Origin: Eledone cirrhosa
Lineage: Eukaryota
DNA length: 64,000 bases
Assembly: GCA_964016885.1 (NCBI GenBank)
Contig: OZ024754.1
Location: 17,608,001-17,672,000 of the forward strand
Direction of reading: 5' to 3'
Shown here piece by piece: positions 25,725 to 37,587 of this stretch (position 1 is its first letter; each line of letters starts with the position of its first letter). Under the pieces are notes generated by a model. The model was not told where the DNA came from. It was given only the letters and a program-made list of their open reading frames with translations, and did no database searches. The position numbers were made by a program, and so were the translations under genes.

Positions 25725-26405
25725 ACATGGCTGGAATGAAAATCAGTGATATGAAAACTGACATGCTTGTCTTCTCAAGGAAGCCTGCACAGTGCCTTTA
25801 CATGTAAATGGAGTTCCACTGAAGCACATAGAGACGTTCAAGTATCTCAGGGTTGTGACAATGAGTGATGCATGACAAAAGGCTGAATTAAGTGCAAGAT
25901 TTGCAGGAGCTGATGCAGTAATGCACCAGCTTCAGCATTCAGTAATCAGAAGAAGGGAGGTAGGTGTAAAAGCCAAACTCGTTATCTTCAATTTGGTATT
26001 CGTACCAACCCTTACCTATGGTCATGAATTTTGAGTAATGACCGAAAGAATGTGATCACAAATACAAGCAGCTGAAATGGGATTCCTCCAAAGGGTCTTT
26101 GGAGTAATGTTACTCGATAGAGTAGCTCGGAGATCAGAGATTCACTCCAGGTAGAGCCACTACTTCTCCAAATTGAGAGATCACAGCTCCAATACTATGG
26201 GCATGTGGCTAGAATGTCTCTGTATGGGCAAAACCAACTGGCAGGAGACTCCAAGCAAGATTGTTGGATAACATCCATGAGCTTGGCTAGTCTCGCTTGG
26301 AGATCCAGCCAGATCAGTCTGACAGGACCAGTTTAAAGGAGTGTTTGAGGACTCTTCCCCCCCCCCCCCCTGACCCTCCCAGCATTAAGTGGGTGAAGAA
26401 GAAGA
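25725..26405 (+). mobile_element. Decayed RTE-like LINE 3' fragment with (GAA)n tail (related piece at 60160-60422)
   Basis: FKYL, LTYGHE and YYGHVARM-like remnants; ends TAAGTGGGTGAAGAAGAAGA. Confidence 0.65.
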
Positions 26406-27169
26406 TATATATTTTTATTTAATGTTTTATGAATGATGGCTTGATTCTAGCTGTAACTCTAGTAACATTGGTTATTGATATCAGAAGTAATTGAATAATT
26501 TATACAATAAACATCTGTGTATATATATATACATTCATGTTCATTTTTGTAGCAGATAAGGACTCAATAAGCCACAGAGAAGGCAACCAATCTAGATGAG
26601 AAGTAACTACAAATAAATAATACTATAAAGCATGGATGTAGATGTTTTAAGCCATGGGAAGAATAACCCATCAAGGAGAGCAGTCACTCAGATTTAAATC
26701 TGATACAGGGAAGTGATGATGCTGAAGTCCTCTGAGACAACCTCCTCAGTGCTAGTGGCACAAATAATACATCTACTTTATGCTATAAAGTTATTTGTGA
26801 TAGGATGGGCATCCGGCTAAAGAAACCCTGCCACAGCATTGACTAGTATACGATAAACATTAATTCTATATACAAGATTAACACTAACCATATTAGCGCT
26901 TCATACAGTTGTGGTGTGGCTAACCTATTCTTATGCAAGAATCATTTGATCTTTATCTAACGTTCATGCCGAACCTTCCGCTACAGACACATGTGAGAAA
27001 AAGAGTAAAAGATGACAGACTAACTACTGTACACCCCCTCATACTGTTAGATGCTTCAACATTTCAGAGCAGCCAGTTATAATGTAGGCACTATGAAAGG
27101 TAGATCAGGCAAAAGTATGGAGATGTTTGTGTGCATGTCTTCAAATATGTGATATATCATTATATTTAC

Positions 27170-27349
27170 CTTCCAACTTCTTAATCTGTTCCTCCAGTGA
27201 TTTAGATTTGGTAACCTCTTCTTCATAGTTACTTTGTATTTTAATCACTCTTTGCTTTGAAGCTTTAATTTGTTTAGCATGTTCACTGAGACGTTGGTTT
27301 AGAGCTTTTATACTGTCATTGTATGTTGAGTCGTCTACTACTGTTATCT
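27170..27349 (-). CDS. Coiled-coil repeat exon, 180 nt (divergent; absent from the ORF track)
   Basis: AAAG|AG ATA ACA GTA ... TTG GAA G|GTAAAT; ITVVDDSTYNDSIKALNQRLSEHAKQIKASKQRVIKIQSNYEEEVTKSKSLEEQIKKLE. Confidence 0.8.
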
Positions 27350-27544
27350 CTTTAATTTGTTTTTTAAATCATCAAAATAAAAACAAAATGTCATGTTAGG
27401 TTAGGATAGATTAACCCTTGAACTTAGAAGGCTAAAAGAGCTAGTATAAATATTATTTTATCTGTAGCACTAACATTGTATAATTCATTACAGAGGTGTA
27501 TATGAAAACATATACGACATGTTTATGTAAAATGGTTGATTTTA

Positions 27545-27768
27545 CCCATTAGCATTTAAATCGGCCATATCTGGCCAGAATTCGCTCACCTCTTTCTGTT
27601 CAAACCGGCTATAACCAGCCACTCATACCGATGTTAAGGTATTATTCTCAAAATAAATAATATAAAAACCTCATAGATTCGATATTATGTGAGATAATTA
27701 TGTGAGGTAAAGCCTTTACCACAAAAACACAATAGTATATATATAGAGAGAGAGTAAGTGCTAAACGG
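27545..27768. mobile_element. piggyBac-like MITE, inverted relative to 24010-24217
   Basis: CCCATTAGCATTTAAATCGGCCATATC ... GTGCTAAACGG|TTAA; internal sequence is the reverse complement of the first copy. Confidence 0.75.
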
Positions 27769-27829
27769 TTAAATGTCAAGTATTTTCTTCTTTTTTTTTA
27801 ATCTATGAATTATGGCTTTTTTCTTGTTA

Positions 27830-28370
27830 AACATATATAAACATATATAAACATACATATACATACACACATAGACACATACATACACACACATACATAC
27901 ACACATATACAAACGCACACATAGATACACTCATATAAACACACATATACATACACACACATTCAAACACACATATACATATATACAAACACATACAAAC
28001 ATATACAAATACACACACATTCAAACACACATATACATATATATAAACACATACAAACATATACAAATACACACAATAATACACACACATATATAAACAC
28101 ACATACATACACACACATATATAAACACACACTTACATACACACATATATAAACATATTCATACACATACACATATAAACACACATGCATACATATACAC
28201 AAATATATAAACACTCACATATGCATACACACACATATATAAACACACACATACATACACACATATATAAACGCACATATACATACACACACATATAAAC
28301 ACACACATATACATACACACATAAATAAACATAAACATACATACAAATATACATAAACATGCACATACAT
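27830..28370. repeat. Compound (CA)/(TA) microsatellite
   Basis: Direct inspection. Confidence 0.9.
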
Positions 28371-28940
28371 GATTCACTATGGAGTATTACCACATCTTGT
28401 GTTCCCTAATTGAATCCCTTAAAATATGTAATGCCTCCTTCTCAAGGGTTTTCAAGATGACAAAGATATGCCCCAATACAAGAACAGACATCCCAATTAC
28501 TTACATCTAGATATATGTATGGTTGAGATAGTTAATGTCTCTTTTTATGTCTCTCTCTCATATCAAGGTTTTAGAAAAAAAAAACTGAATATCTTTGTAT
28601 TTCACATGTGTGGTACCTACATTTAAATGTGGTCTGGGAATATAGAAATTTGTCTTAATCCAATAATTCTGGTCTTTGGAGGAAAGACAACACTCAGAAT
28701 ATATAGGTACAGAGAAAAGATGTGGATCTTTTGTTCAAAAGTGTCAATAATATCTTAAGTTGAATTTTATGTAGAAAATATGTAGGACATCCACTGTTTG
28801 GGTAAAAGTCTAATCAACAGACATCATACTAAACATAGAAGTTAAACCCTGAGTTAAAACTACATTTTCACATGTCAATCCTCAGTTAAACTCTTCCAGG
28901 TAATTTTTGTTTTCATTTGCTATGACACCATTATATTTAC

Positions 28941-29120
28941 CTTTCAACTTCTTTATCTCTTCTTCCAATGATTTACAATTGATAATCTCTTCTTTATAGA
29001 CACTTTTTATTTTATTTACTTCTTCCTTTGAACTTTTCGCCGCCTCCCTTTTTTCAGTGAGATGTAGGACTACTTCTTTCTCCTTTTCCTCGTATTCCAA
29101 ATCATTTGTTTGTTTCATTT
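28941..29120 (-). CDS. Coiled-coil repeat exon, 180 nt
   Basis: GAAG|AA ATG AAA CAA ... AAA G|GTAAAT. Confidence 0.85.
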
Positions 29121-29905
29121 CTTCAATTTGTTTTTGAAAATATTCAAATAAATATGAAATGTTATGTTAGGTTAGGACAAATTAGATATCATAAAAATAT
29201 GATGGCTTTTTCTGGTCAAACTTATGAGAAATATGAACACACAGACACACACATATGATGGCTGTTGACTCACTATGGAGTGTTATCACATCTTGTGTCC
29301 CCTACTTCTTCTATAAATATGTAAGGCCTTAAGGGTTTTTAAGATGACAAAGATATTCCCCAATACAGCAACACTGACATCCTACTGTCAAGACACCTAT
29401 GCTACTTCAATGTGTATATAACAGGAGAATTATGACTGCTCTTGCATATACTAAACTTCCTTGTGCTCATAAAAGTATAGAAACTATGGAAGTGACAGTC
29501 TAGCATTTTCACAGATTTATTTGATAACCAAAAGCTGCAATTAAATATCCACCATCTTTTTCTGGATTCATGAAGTCTAAATTCTATGATATACTAGAAA
29601 AATGGAGTCTGAAAAGTAGTGAAAGCTCAAATGTTATATTGACAAACGTGTGTCTACTTCTATATTCACTTGTCTATGAGAACACATTTGTTATGTGTGT
29701 GTGTGTCAATGTATTGTTTATATATGTATGCAGGACTTGTCAAAAGTGTTTGTGTATTTGTGAATCTATGCATTTGTAAATACATCATATTTCTTACAAT
29801 GCCTGTTAATATTATATTTTTCATTATTGATTAATATAAGAAAAAAAATCCCTTTTGTTTTCAGGAAATTTTCTTTCAATAGTTTTATCTTGTCATTATA
29901 TTTAC

Positions 29906-30085
29906 CTTCCAACAGGCTTATCTGTTCTCCCAGTGCTTTATATATAGCAATCTCTTTTGCATAATCACTTTGCATTTTATTTACTTCTTCTTTGGAAGCC
30001 TTCATTTCCTTATCTTTTTTATGAAGACATTGGATCATTTCCTTCTTTATTTCGTTGAATTCCATTTCATCTTTTAATTTCATCT
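29906..30085 (-). CDS. Coiled-coil repeat exon, 180 nt
   Basis: AAAG|AG ATG ... GAA G|GTAAAT. Confidence 0.85.
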
Positions 30086-30770
30086 CTTTAATTTGTTCAA
30101 ATAAAAATGAAATGTTATGTTAGGTTAATATTTATTAGATGTCATTATAAATATTTTGTCAATATTGAATGAATAATGATGTCATTCTTGACTTAACTTT
30201 AGTAATATTACGTATTGATCTAGGAAGTAATTTAATAATTTGTACCATCTATAATGTTTTATGTTGAGTTAATATAAATTACTTACATTTAGATATATGT
30301 ATGGTTGAGATAGTTGATGTCTCTTTTTATGTCTCTCTCTCTCATATCAAGGTTTTAGAGAAAAAAAACTGAATATCTTTGTATTTCACATGTGTGGTAC
30401 CTACATTTAAATGAGGTCTGGGAATATAGAAATTTGTCTTAATCCAAAAATTCTGGTCTTTGGAGGAAAGACAACACTCAGAATATATAGGTACAGAGAA
30501 AAGATGTGGATCTTTTGTTCAAAAGTTTTAATAATTTCTTAAGTTGAATTTTATGTAAAAAATATGTAGGACATCCACTGTTTGGGTAAAAGTCTAATCA
30601 ACAGACATCATACTAAACATAGAAGTTAAACCCTGAGTTAAAACTACATTTTCACATATCAATCCTCTGGTTAGTTTTTCTTCAGCTAAACTCTTAGAAA
30701 ATTTCTTTCAACAGATTTATTTTACATTGAAAATATTATTTCTAAGAAATTATGATACCATTATATTTAC

Positions 30771-30950
30771 CTTCCATCTGTTTTATATGTTCCTCCAGTG
30801 ATTTACATTTGGCAATCTCTTCTTGATAATCATTTTTTATTTGAATCATTTCTTGCTTGAAAGACTTCAATATCTTCTCTTTTTTATCGAGACGCTGGAT
30901 CATGCTTTTCCTCACTTTATTGAATTCCAATTCACTTTTTAATCTCATTC
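30771..30950 (-). CDS. Coiled-coil repeat exon, 180 nt
   Basis: GAAG|GA ATG ... GAA G|GTAAAT. Confidence 0.85.
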
Positions 30951-32342
30951 CTTCAATTTGGTTTTGAAAATATTTAAACAAAAGGGAAGTGTTATGAAAC
31001 GTTAAATTAGATAGATGTCATAAAAATAGTGACATCATTCTTGACTTAACTTGAGTAATTATTACTTATTGATCGAGGAAGTAATTGAATAATTTGTACC
31101 AACTATCTAGTGTGTATATGAGTTCATATGTATTTTAGTAGCAGAAGTGAAGTCTGTAAGGGGTGGTTGCAGTCCCTGAAAGACAGGGGCAAGACAGCCC
31201 ATCAAGGTGAGCAGTCACAAGGAATAATAACAAATACAGGATAGAGAGGATTCTTAACTCCTCTCAGACAATCTCTCTAGTGCTAGTGGCAGGATAAAAT
31301 ACTACATTTTTAACAGAAAGTATTTGATGTCTTGACTGTGGCAAAGTTCATGAAATATTCTCAATGGTGGTGCTGGTATTGCAAAAGCAATGCACACAGT
31401 AAACACTTTAAATTGGTTATGTTAGGAAGGGCATTCAGCCATAGAAACCATGCCAAATATGTAATGTATGAGTAAGATGAGGTCACTCTATGTCTAGTAT
31501 AGGACTGCAACAACCTGTCCAACACATGCCAGTGTGCAAAGTGGATGTAAAATTAGTATAGTTAGATTTTTTATTTATTTAATACCTATATGTATAACTT
31601 TTCAATTCCAGTTACTTGGTTCAGCCAACTTTGACATGTAAAGTTGGGGGGGGGGGGGTCTTTTGTGTATGAGTCCCCCACTCCAAGTGCCTTGGGATCC
31701 CCAATGTCTCAATCCCTGCCTGCAAGAAAAATCATGCGAAAACCATGCCTTTACACAACACACATCATAAATACTGATTACATGTACAAGATTAACATTA
31801 ACTTAATGTAGAACACGGTAGTGAGGTGGCTAAGTTTACCTTGTGTGAGAAACACTTTATCATCATCAAACAATCTTGCATTCCCTTTTAGCTACAGACA
31901 CTTGTGGCCAAAAGATGACTCAATCACCATTGTACACCCATTCACTGTAAAGCAACACATTTCAAAGCTGACATCTTAATGTTGTCACTATAAAAGGTAG
32001 ATCAGGTAAAAATGTAGAGATGCTTGATGATGATGACAACATATGTCGAGTTTTTCCTTCTTTATTTTCATTAAAGCTTTCTTCTACTTGGAGCTTTTGG
32101 TATTTCTTCATTAAGCAAACCCATCACATGTCCACAACATCACAATCTTCTCTCTACCTCACTAATCTTGATGTTCTTCTACCTAGGTTTTCCTTCAATT
32201 TGTCTGTAGTTTGTCTATCGTCCACACCAATATTACAACATCAAGTGAAGTGTGGCAATCTTATTTCTTTCTAATCTTTGAACATCTTCTGTATTCAATA
32301 CCCATATCTCACTACAATGTCACACCATATCATAATATTCAC

Positions 32343-32522
32343 CTTCCAATATCTTTAACTGTTTCTCCACTGATTTACATTTGGCAATCTCTTTTTCATA
32401 TTCACTTTGTAATTTATTCACTTCTTCCTTGGAAGACTTCACTTCCTCATCTTTTTCACTGAGATTATGAGTTAGGTCATTCTTCATTTTATCATATTCC
32501 AATGCACTTTTTCTTTTCAACT
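32343..32522 (-). CDS. Coiled-coil repeat exon, 180 nt
   Basis: TAAG|AG TTG AAA ... GAA G|GTGAAT. Confidence 0.85.
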
Positions 32523-32618
32523 CTTAAATTTGATTTTGAAAACATTCAAATAAATATGAAATGTTATGTTAGATTCGGATAAATTAAATGTTATGATAAC
32601 ATTTTTTTTTTTATATTG

Positions 32619-35600
32619 TACTAGCAGCAATACCCAGCGTTGCCTGGGTAGGTAAAATAATATCTGCTTTGATGAAAAGGTGTTTATCTTAGCAACTGCG
32701 AGTTTCTTGAAAATCGGTCGTAAGGTGTAGCAAATGGTGAAATCATCATCATCATCATCATCGTTTAACGTCCATCTTCCACGCTAGCATGGGTTAGACG
32801 GGAATTTTCCCACTTGAGGCAAGATTGGTTGTCTAGTTCATATAGGACTATCTGGCGGGTTTTCTACGGCTGGATGCCCTTCCTAACACCAACCACATTT
32901 ACAGTGTGGACTGGGAGGTTTTTACCATGTTACCTACACGGCCACATTACAGCGTGGACTGTGTGTTTTTTTGTCGTGATACCTACACGACCTCATTTAT
33001 TTAGGACTGGATGTTGTGGACCAACATAACTTTACATCGAAAGGGGTGGTGTGGATGGGGTGGGGGAAGTGGGACGAGGGTGTATTTTGGTAAGAGGTGC
33101 CTACTGACTGTAGGTTTCGCTTTGCACTTAGGCAAGGCGGGTCTTCTGTATTACTGCGTAGCACCAAAGATCTCGGTCCAGTGACATTGTCTTGGAGAGA
33201 TGCAAGTGTGTGAGGTCGGAATTTATCAAGTCGTCCCAGGTTTTTCTGGGTCTGCCTACTCCGTGGCTACCATCTATTTTGATCGCCCTGCACTTTTTTA
33301 TAGAGCTGTCGTCTTTCATGCGCATCACGTGACCATACCAACGTAGTCTTCTCTCGAGTAAACAGCATCTGATCCCTCTTATTTCTAATTTCTCACTTAG
33401 TTCATTTATGCTTTGCCGTTCACGTATATTACTATTACACATCCAACGGAGCATGCAAGCTTCGTTCCTCTCCAGTCTGCGCAGATCCTCGGCACGTAAT
33501 GCCCAGGTCTCACTGCCATGCAACATTGCTGTTCGTATGCAGGCATCATACAGCCTGCCTTTCATTTTTAGAGAGAAACCTTTAGTGGCCAATAGTGGTA
33601 TAAGCTCTCTGAACTTTTTCCATCCCATTCTGACTCTAGCTACTGTACTTTCAGAGCACCCTCCACCACTGCTGATTTTGTCACCCAGGTAACGGAAGGT
33701 GTCCACTATTTCTATAGAACCATCTGTGCAATGGAATGAGCTAGTATTCTGTGGGCACTTGCTGCTACTTATTGCACCTGAGCACCGGCCACATATAAAA
33801 TCTATATTCTTAGTTAGCTTACCTGTGATCCCACTACATCTTTTATGCACCCATACTTTGCATTTGGGACATAAAATGGAGTTTCTGCATACTCCTTTCC
33901 TACACACTGAGCATGGCCATTTCCCAGAGGGGACCAGTGCCCTATTTTCCTTCCTACATACTAGAACTTTAGTCTTAGACAGGTTAATTTTAAGGCCTTT
34001 TGATTCTAGGCCATGCTTCCATGTTTGGAATTTCTTCTCTAGTTCAGCCATTGATTCAGCTATGAGCGTTAGATCATCTGCGTATAGAAGTTCCCATGGG
34101 CAGCCGGTCTTTAACTCCTCTGTTATAGACTGAAGGGCAATAATAAATAGGAGGGGGCTAAGGACGGAGCCCTGATGAACACCAACTTTTACACTAAACT
34201 CTTCACTATATTCGTTGTTAATTCTAACCTTGCTGACTGTTTCTTTATACATGGCTTGTATAGTTCTCACAAGCTATTCATCAACACCTAGTTTTCTGAG
34301 AGCCCACCAGATAATGGAGAGGGGGCACTCTGTCAAAGGCTTTCTCCAAGTCGACAAAAGTTAAGTATAGGGATTTACTTTTAGCTAGGTACTTCTCCTG
34401 TAGTTGTCGTACAATGAAAAGGGCGTCTGTGGTACTTTTACCTGACACAAACCCGAACTACATTTCATCCAGATCAATTCGCTCTCTTTGCGCTATTACT
34501 TTTTCTGTGACCTTCATGACCTGGTCAATTAATTTAATGCCTCTATAGTTTCCCCTATCTAGGGCATCTCCTTTACCCTTGTAGCAGTTAATGATGATGC
34601 TGCTACGCCAGTCCTTTGGTACGACCCCATTCTGTATGACTTGGTTTACTATCTGGGTGACCATAGTGTGTCCCACCGTTCCAGATGCTTTCAGCATTTC
34701 AGCAACTATTTCCGAAGGCCCAGCTGCCTTGCCCATCTTCATATCTTTGAATGCCTTACTTATTATACTGCCTTCAACTTGCACTGCTGGTCCCTCTATT
34801 GGATCAATGTGGGGGAGACTGTCTTTCTCCCATTTATTCTCCTCATTTACTAGCCTTTCGTAGTGCCACTTCCAAGCTACCTTCTTATCAGCGTCAGTGA
34901 TGGCAAGTACACCATCATCATTAAGGACACACTTCTCCCCGACAATATCACGGTTTTCCTTGACACATTGCCTAGCAATCCTGAACACCTCACGTTTTTG
35001 GTCCTCACATTGTAGAACATGCTTGAACTTTCTTTCCTCTGCTTCCCTTCTTGCGAAGTACACTTGTCTCCTAGCTTCCCTCCTGGCCACTTGATAGTCT
35101 TCTCTACTTCCCCCATCCCGCCATACTTTCCAACCCTGCTTTTTAGCCTTGATTGACTCCTCCACCTTACTGTTCCACCATCATGTTACTCTCCTTCTGC
35201 CTATAGGTCTGCTCCAGCCACAGATTTCATCTGTCGCCTTCAGCAGGTTAGCTTTCAGGAATTCCCACTGTTCCTCTATATTGTACGATTCTAATTGCTC
35301 TTCCTTACTGTCAAAAGCATCAAGTAATATGCTTTTAAATTTATATAAATGTTGAGAGAAATCATATGGAATATGTGGGATGTGAAAAAAATCGTATTTT
35401 GAAGAGTTAAACGGCTGCCAAGCCGTCTCTGAACAAAAAATGCAAAGTGTAAAGCTACTATAAGATGTGCAATGATAGGTTCTATCGCAGTATAAAAGTT
35501 GAACCAAATAAATTGATTTATGTGTGAGGTGGACCCGAAGTTTCGAATTTGAACGAAATCGGTTGGAAAATGTGGGAGCTAGAGACGAAAAGCCGGAAAT

Positions 35601-35900
35601 TTGAGCGTAAAGGTGGTATTTTCGAATATTTAAGCGGCTGAACAAAAAATTCAAAATGTAATGCCACTTTAAGACGTGAAATCATCAGATCTAGCGTAGT
35701 GTAAAATTTGAACAAACTAGGTTGATTAATGTGGGAGCTAGAGCCGAAAAGTGGAAATTTGAGTCTAAAAGTGGTATTTTTGAATATTTAAGCAACAAAT
35801 GCAAAATATAAAGCCCTTACAGGACGTGCAATGATAAATTCTATTTTGCTTTAAAATTTGAACGAAATCGGTGGCAAAATGTGGGAGCTAGAGCCATAAA
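32619..35900. mobile_element. Probable Helitron/Helentron-like non-autonomous element with internal tandem repeats, split by the RTE
   Basis: Begins TACTAGCAGCAATACCCAGCGTTGCCTGGGTA (hairpin); recurring AAATTTGAAC...AATGTGGGAGCTAGAG units at 35400-35900. Confidence 0.45.
32747..35345 (-). mobile_element. 5'-truncated RTE-clade LINE with RT domain and embedded PHD-like finger
   Basis: GKAAGPS, GNYRGIKL, GVHQGSVLSPLLF, LLYADD, GSETW, WYGHV, (GAT)n tail; GAAATCAT on both flanks (32739, 35358). Confidence 0.92.
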
Positions 35901-36579
35901 TCTTATTTTTCAATACCTCTATGAGAGCAGTGATTTTGATAAAAAACTGATACAGAGTAGAGAGGTCCCTTAACTTCTGTCAGACAACCTCACTATAGCT
36001 AGCGGCACAAATAATGCACCCAGCCTATGCTATAAAGTGGTTGGTGATAGAAAGCGTGAAAAGCTTGAAAAAACCATGACTAGTACAAGTCACAAGATAA
36101 ACACTAATTGCATAGAGACAGGATTAACGCTAACCATGTTAGTTCTGAACATGGTAATGTGGGAAGGATGGTTAAGTTAGCTTTTTGTGAAAACTACTTG
36201 ATTGTCACCAACAGTCACATATTTCCTTTCAACTACAAAAATCTGTGGCCAAAAATTGACCTAATCACCACTGGACACCCTTACACTTAATGTTGAGCCC
36301 TAAATATAGTAGATCGGGTAAAATTGTGGAGGTGCTGGAACAGAAATTACTAAATGATGATGATGATAATGATAATGATGATGATAATGATGATGATATA
36401 TGTTCAGTTTTTCCTTCAACTTGTTTTCCTTTTTCATTCTTTGCCTTCTCATGTGTCATTCCACTTGGAACTCTTGAAATTTCTTCATCCTAAGATCATT
36501 AACCAATCCCATTACATATCCATACCATCACAATCTTTCTTCGTCACTAATCTTGATGCTCCTTTCCCAAGTCTAAAGT

Positions 36580-36855
36580 CAGTCTTGAGTCCAGAGTCTC
36601 ATCAGGCTGGTGCTTCTCCTGGTTTCCATTGTGTGAAGCGACAGAGAGTACAAGTTTCCTTCTGAACAGAATGCCTGTCCATCACAGGGTTAAATCCCAA
36701 GATATTGCTGGTACTCATTTTCAGTTGAGTACACTGGGGTAATGTGAAATGAAGTGTTTTGCTCCAGTAAACAACACACAACCCAGTCCAGAAATTGAAC
36801 CCATGACATTGTGATCGTAAATGCAACACCCTTACTAGTAGGCTACATGCCTCCA
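36580..36855 (-). mobile_element. tRNA-head SINE, second family
   Basis: A/B-box-like head (GTAGCCTACTAGTAAGGGTG...GGTTCAATTTC) interrupting the conserved intron relic. Confidence 0.6.
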
Positions 36856-37017
36856 CCCTCTGCCTAGGTTTTCCTTCAATTTGTCTGTGGTTTATTTATC
36901 ATCCACACCAATATTACAACATCCAGTGAAGCAAGCTAGCCTCATTTCTTACTTACCTTTCCACATCCTCTGTATTCAATACCCATATCTCACTAATACG
37001 TGATATAATATATTTAC

Positions 37018-37197
37018 CTTCAAGCAACATTATCTGTTTCTCCAGGAAATTACGTTTGGCAATCTCTTCTTCATAATCACTTTGTATTATAATCACTTCC
37101 TCCTGGAATGATTTCACTTGATCATCTTTTTCACTGAGACATTTCATCAGTTCTTTAATTTTTTCATGGTATTCTAATTCACCTTTTCCTTCCATCT
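37018..37197 (-). CDS. Coiled-coil repeat exon, 180 nt
   Basis: GTAG|AG ATG ... GAA G|GTAAAT. Confidence 0.85.
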
Positions 37198-37389
37198 CTA
37201 CAATTTGTTTTTGAAAACATTCAAAAGAATATGAAAGTTACATTTCATTAGGATAGATTAAATGTTAAAATAAATATTTTTATTTAATATTGTATGAATG
37301 ATGACTTTATTCTAGATGTAACTCTAGTAACATTGGTTATTGATCTCAGAAGTAATTGAATAATTAGTACCAACAAACATCTGTATATA

Positions 37390-37580
37390 TAATTGTTTCT
37401 ACTTTTGGCACAAGGCCAGCAATTATCCCAGTGTATTACTGGTGCTTTATTTTATCGACCCTGTAAGGATGAAAAGCAAAGTTAACCTCGGCAGGATTTG
37501 AACTCAGGCCATAAAGGGCCGTAACTCTTTGCTATAAAGCATGGCGTCAGACCCTCTACCGATACTGCCAATCCACCGCC
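37390..37580 (-). mobile_element. Full-length SINE
   Basis: Reverse complement of 43825-44008. Confidence 0.85.
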
Positions 37581-37587
37581 TGTGTAT

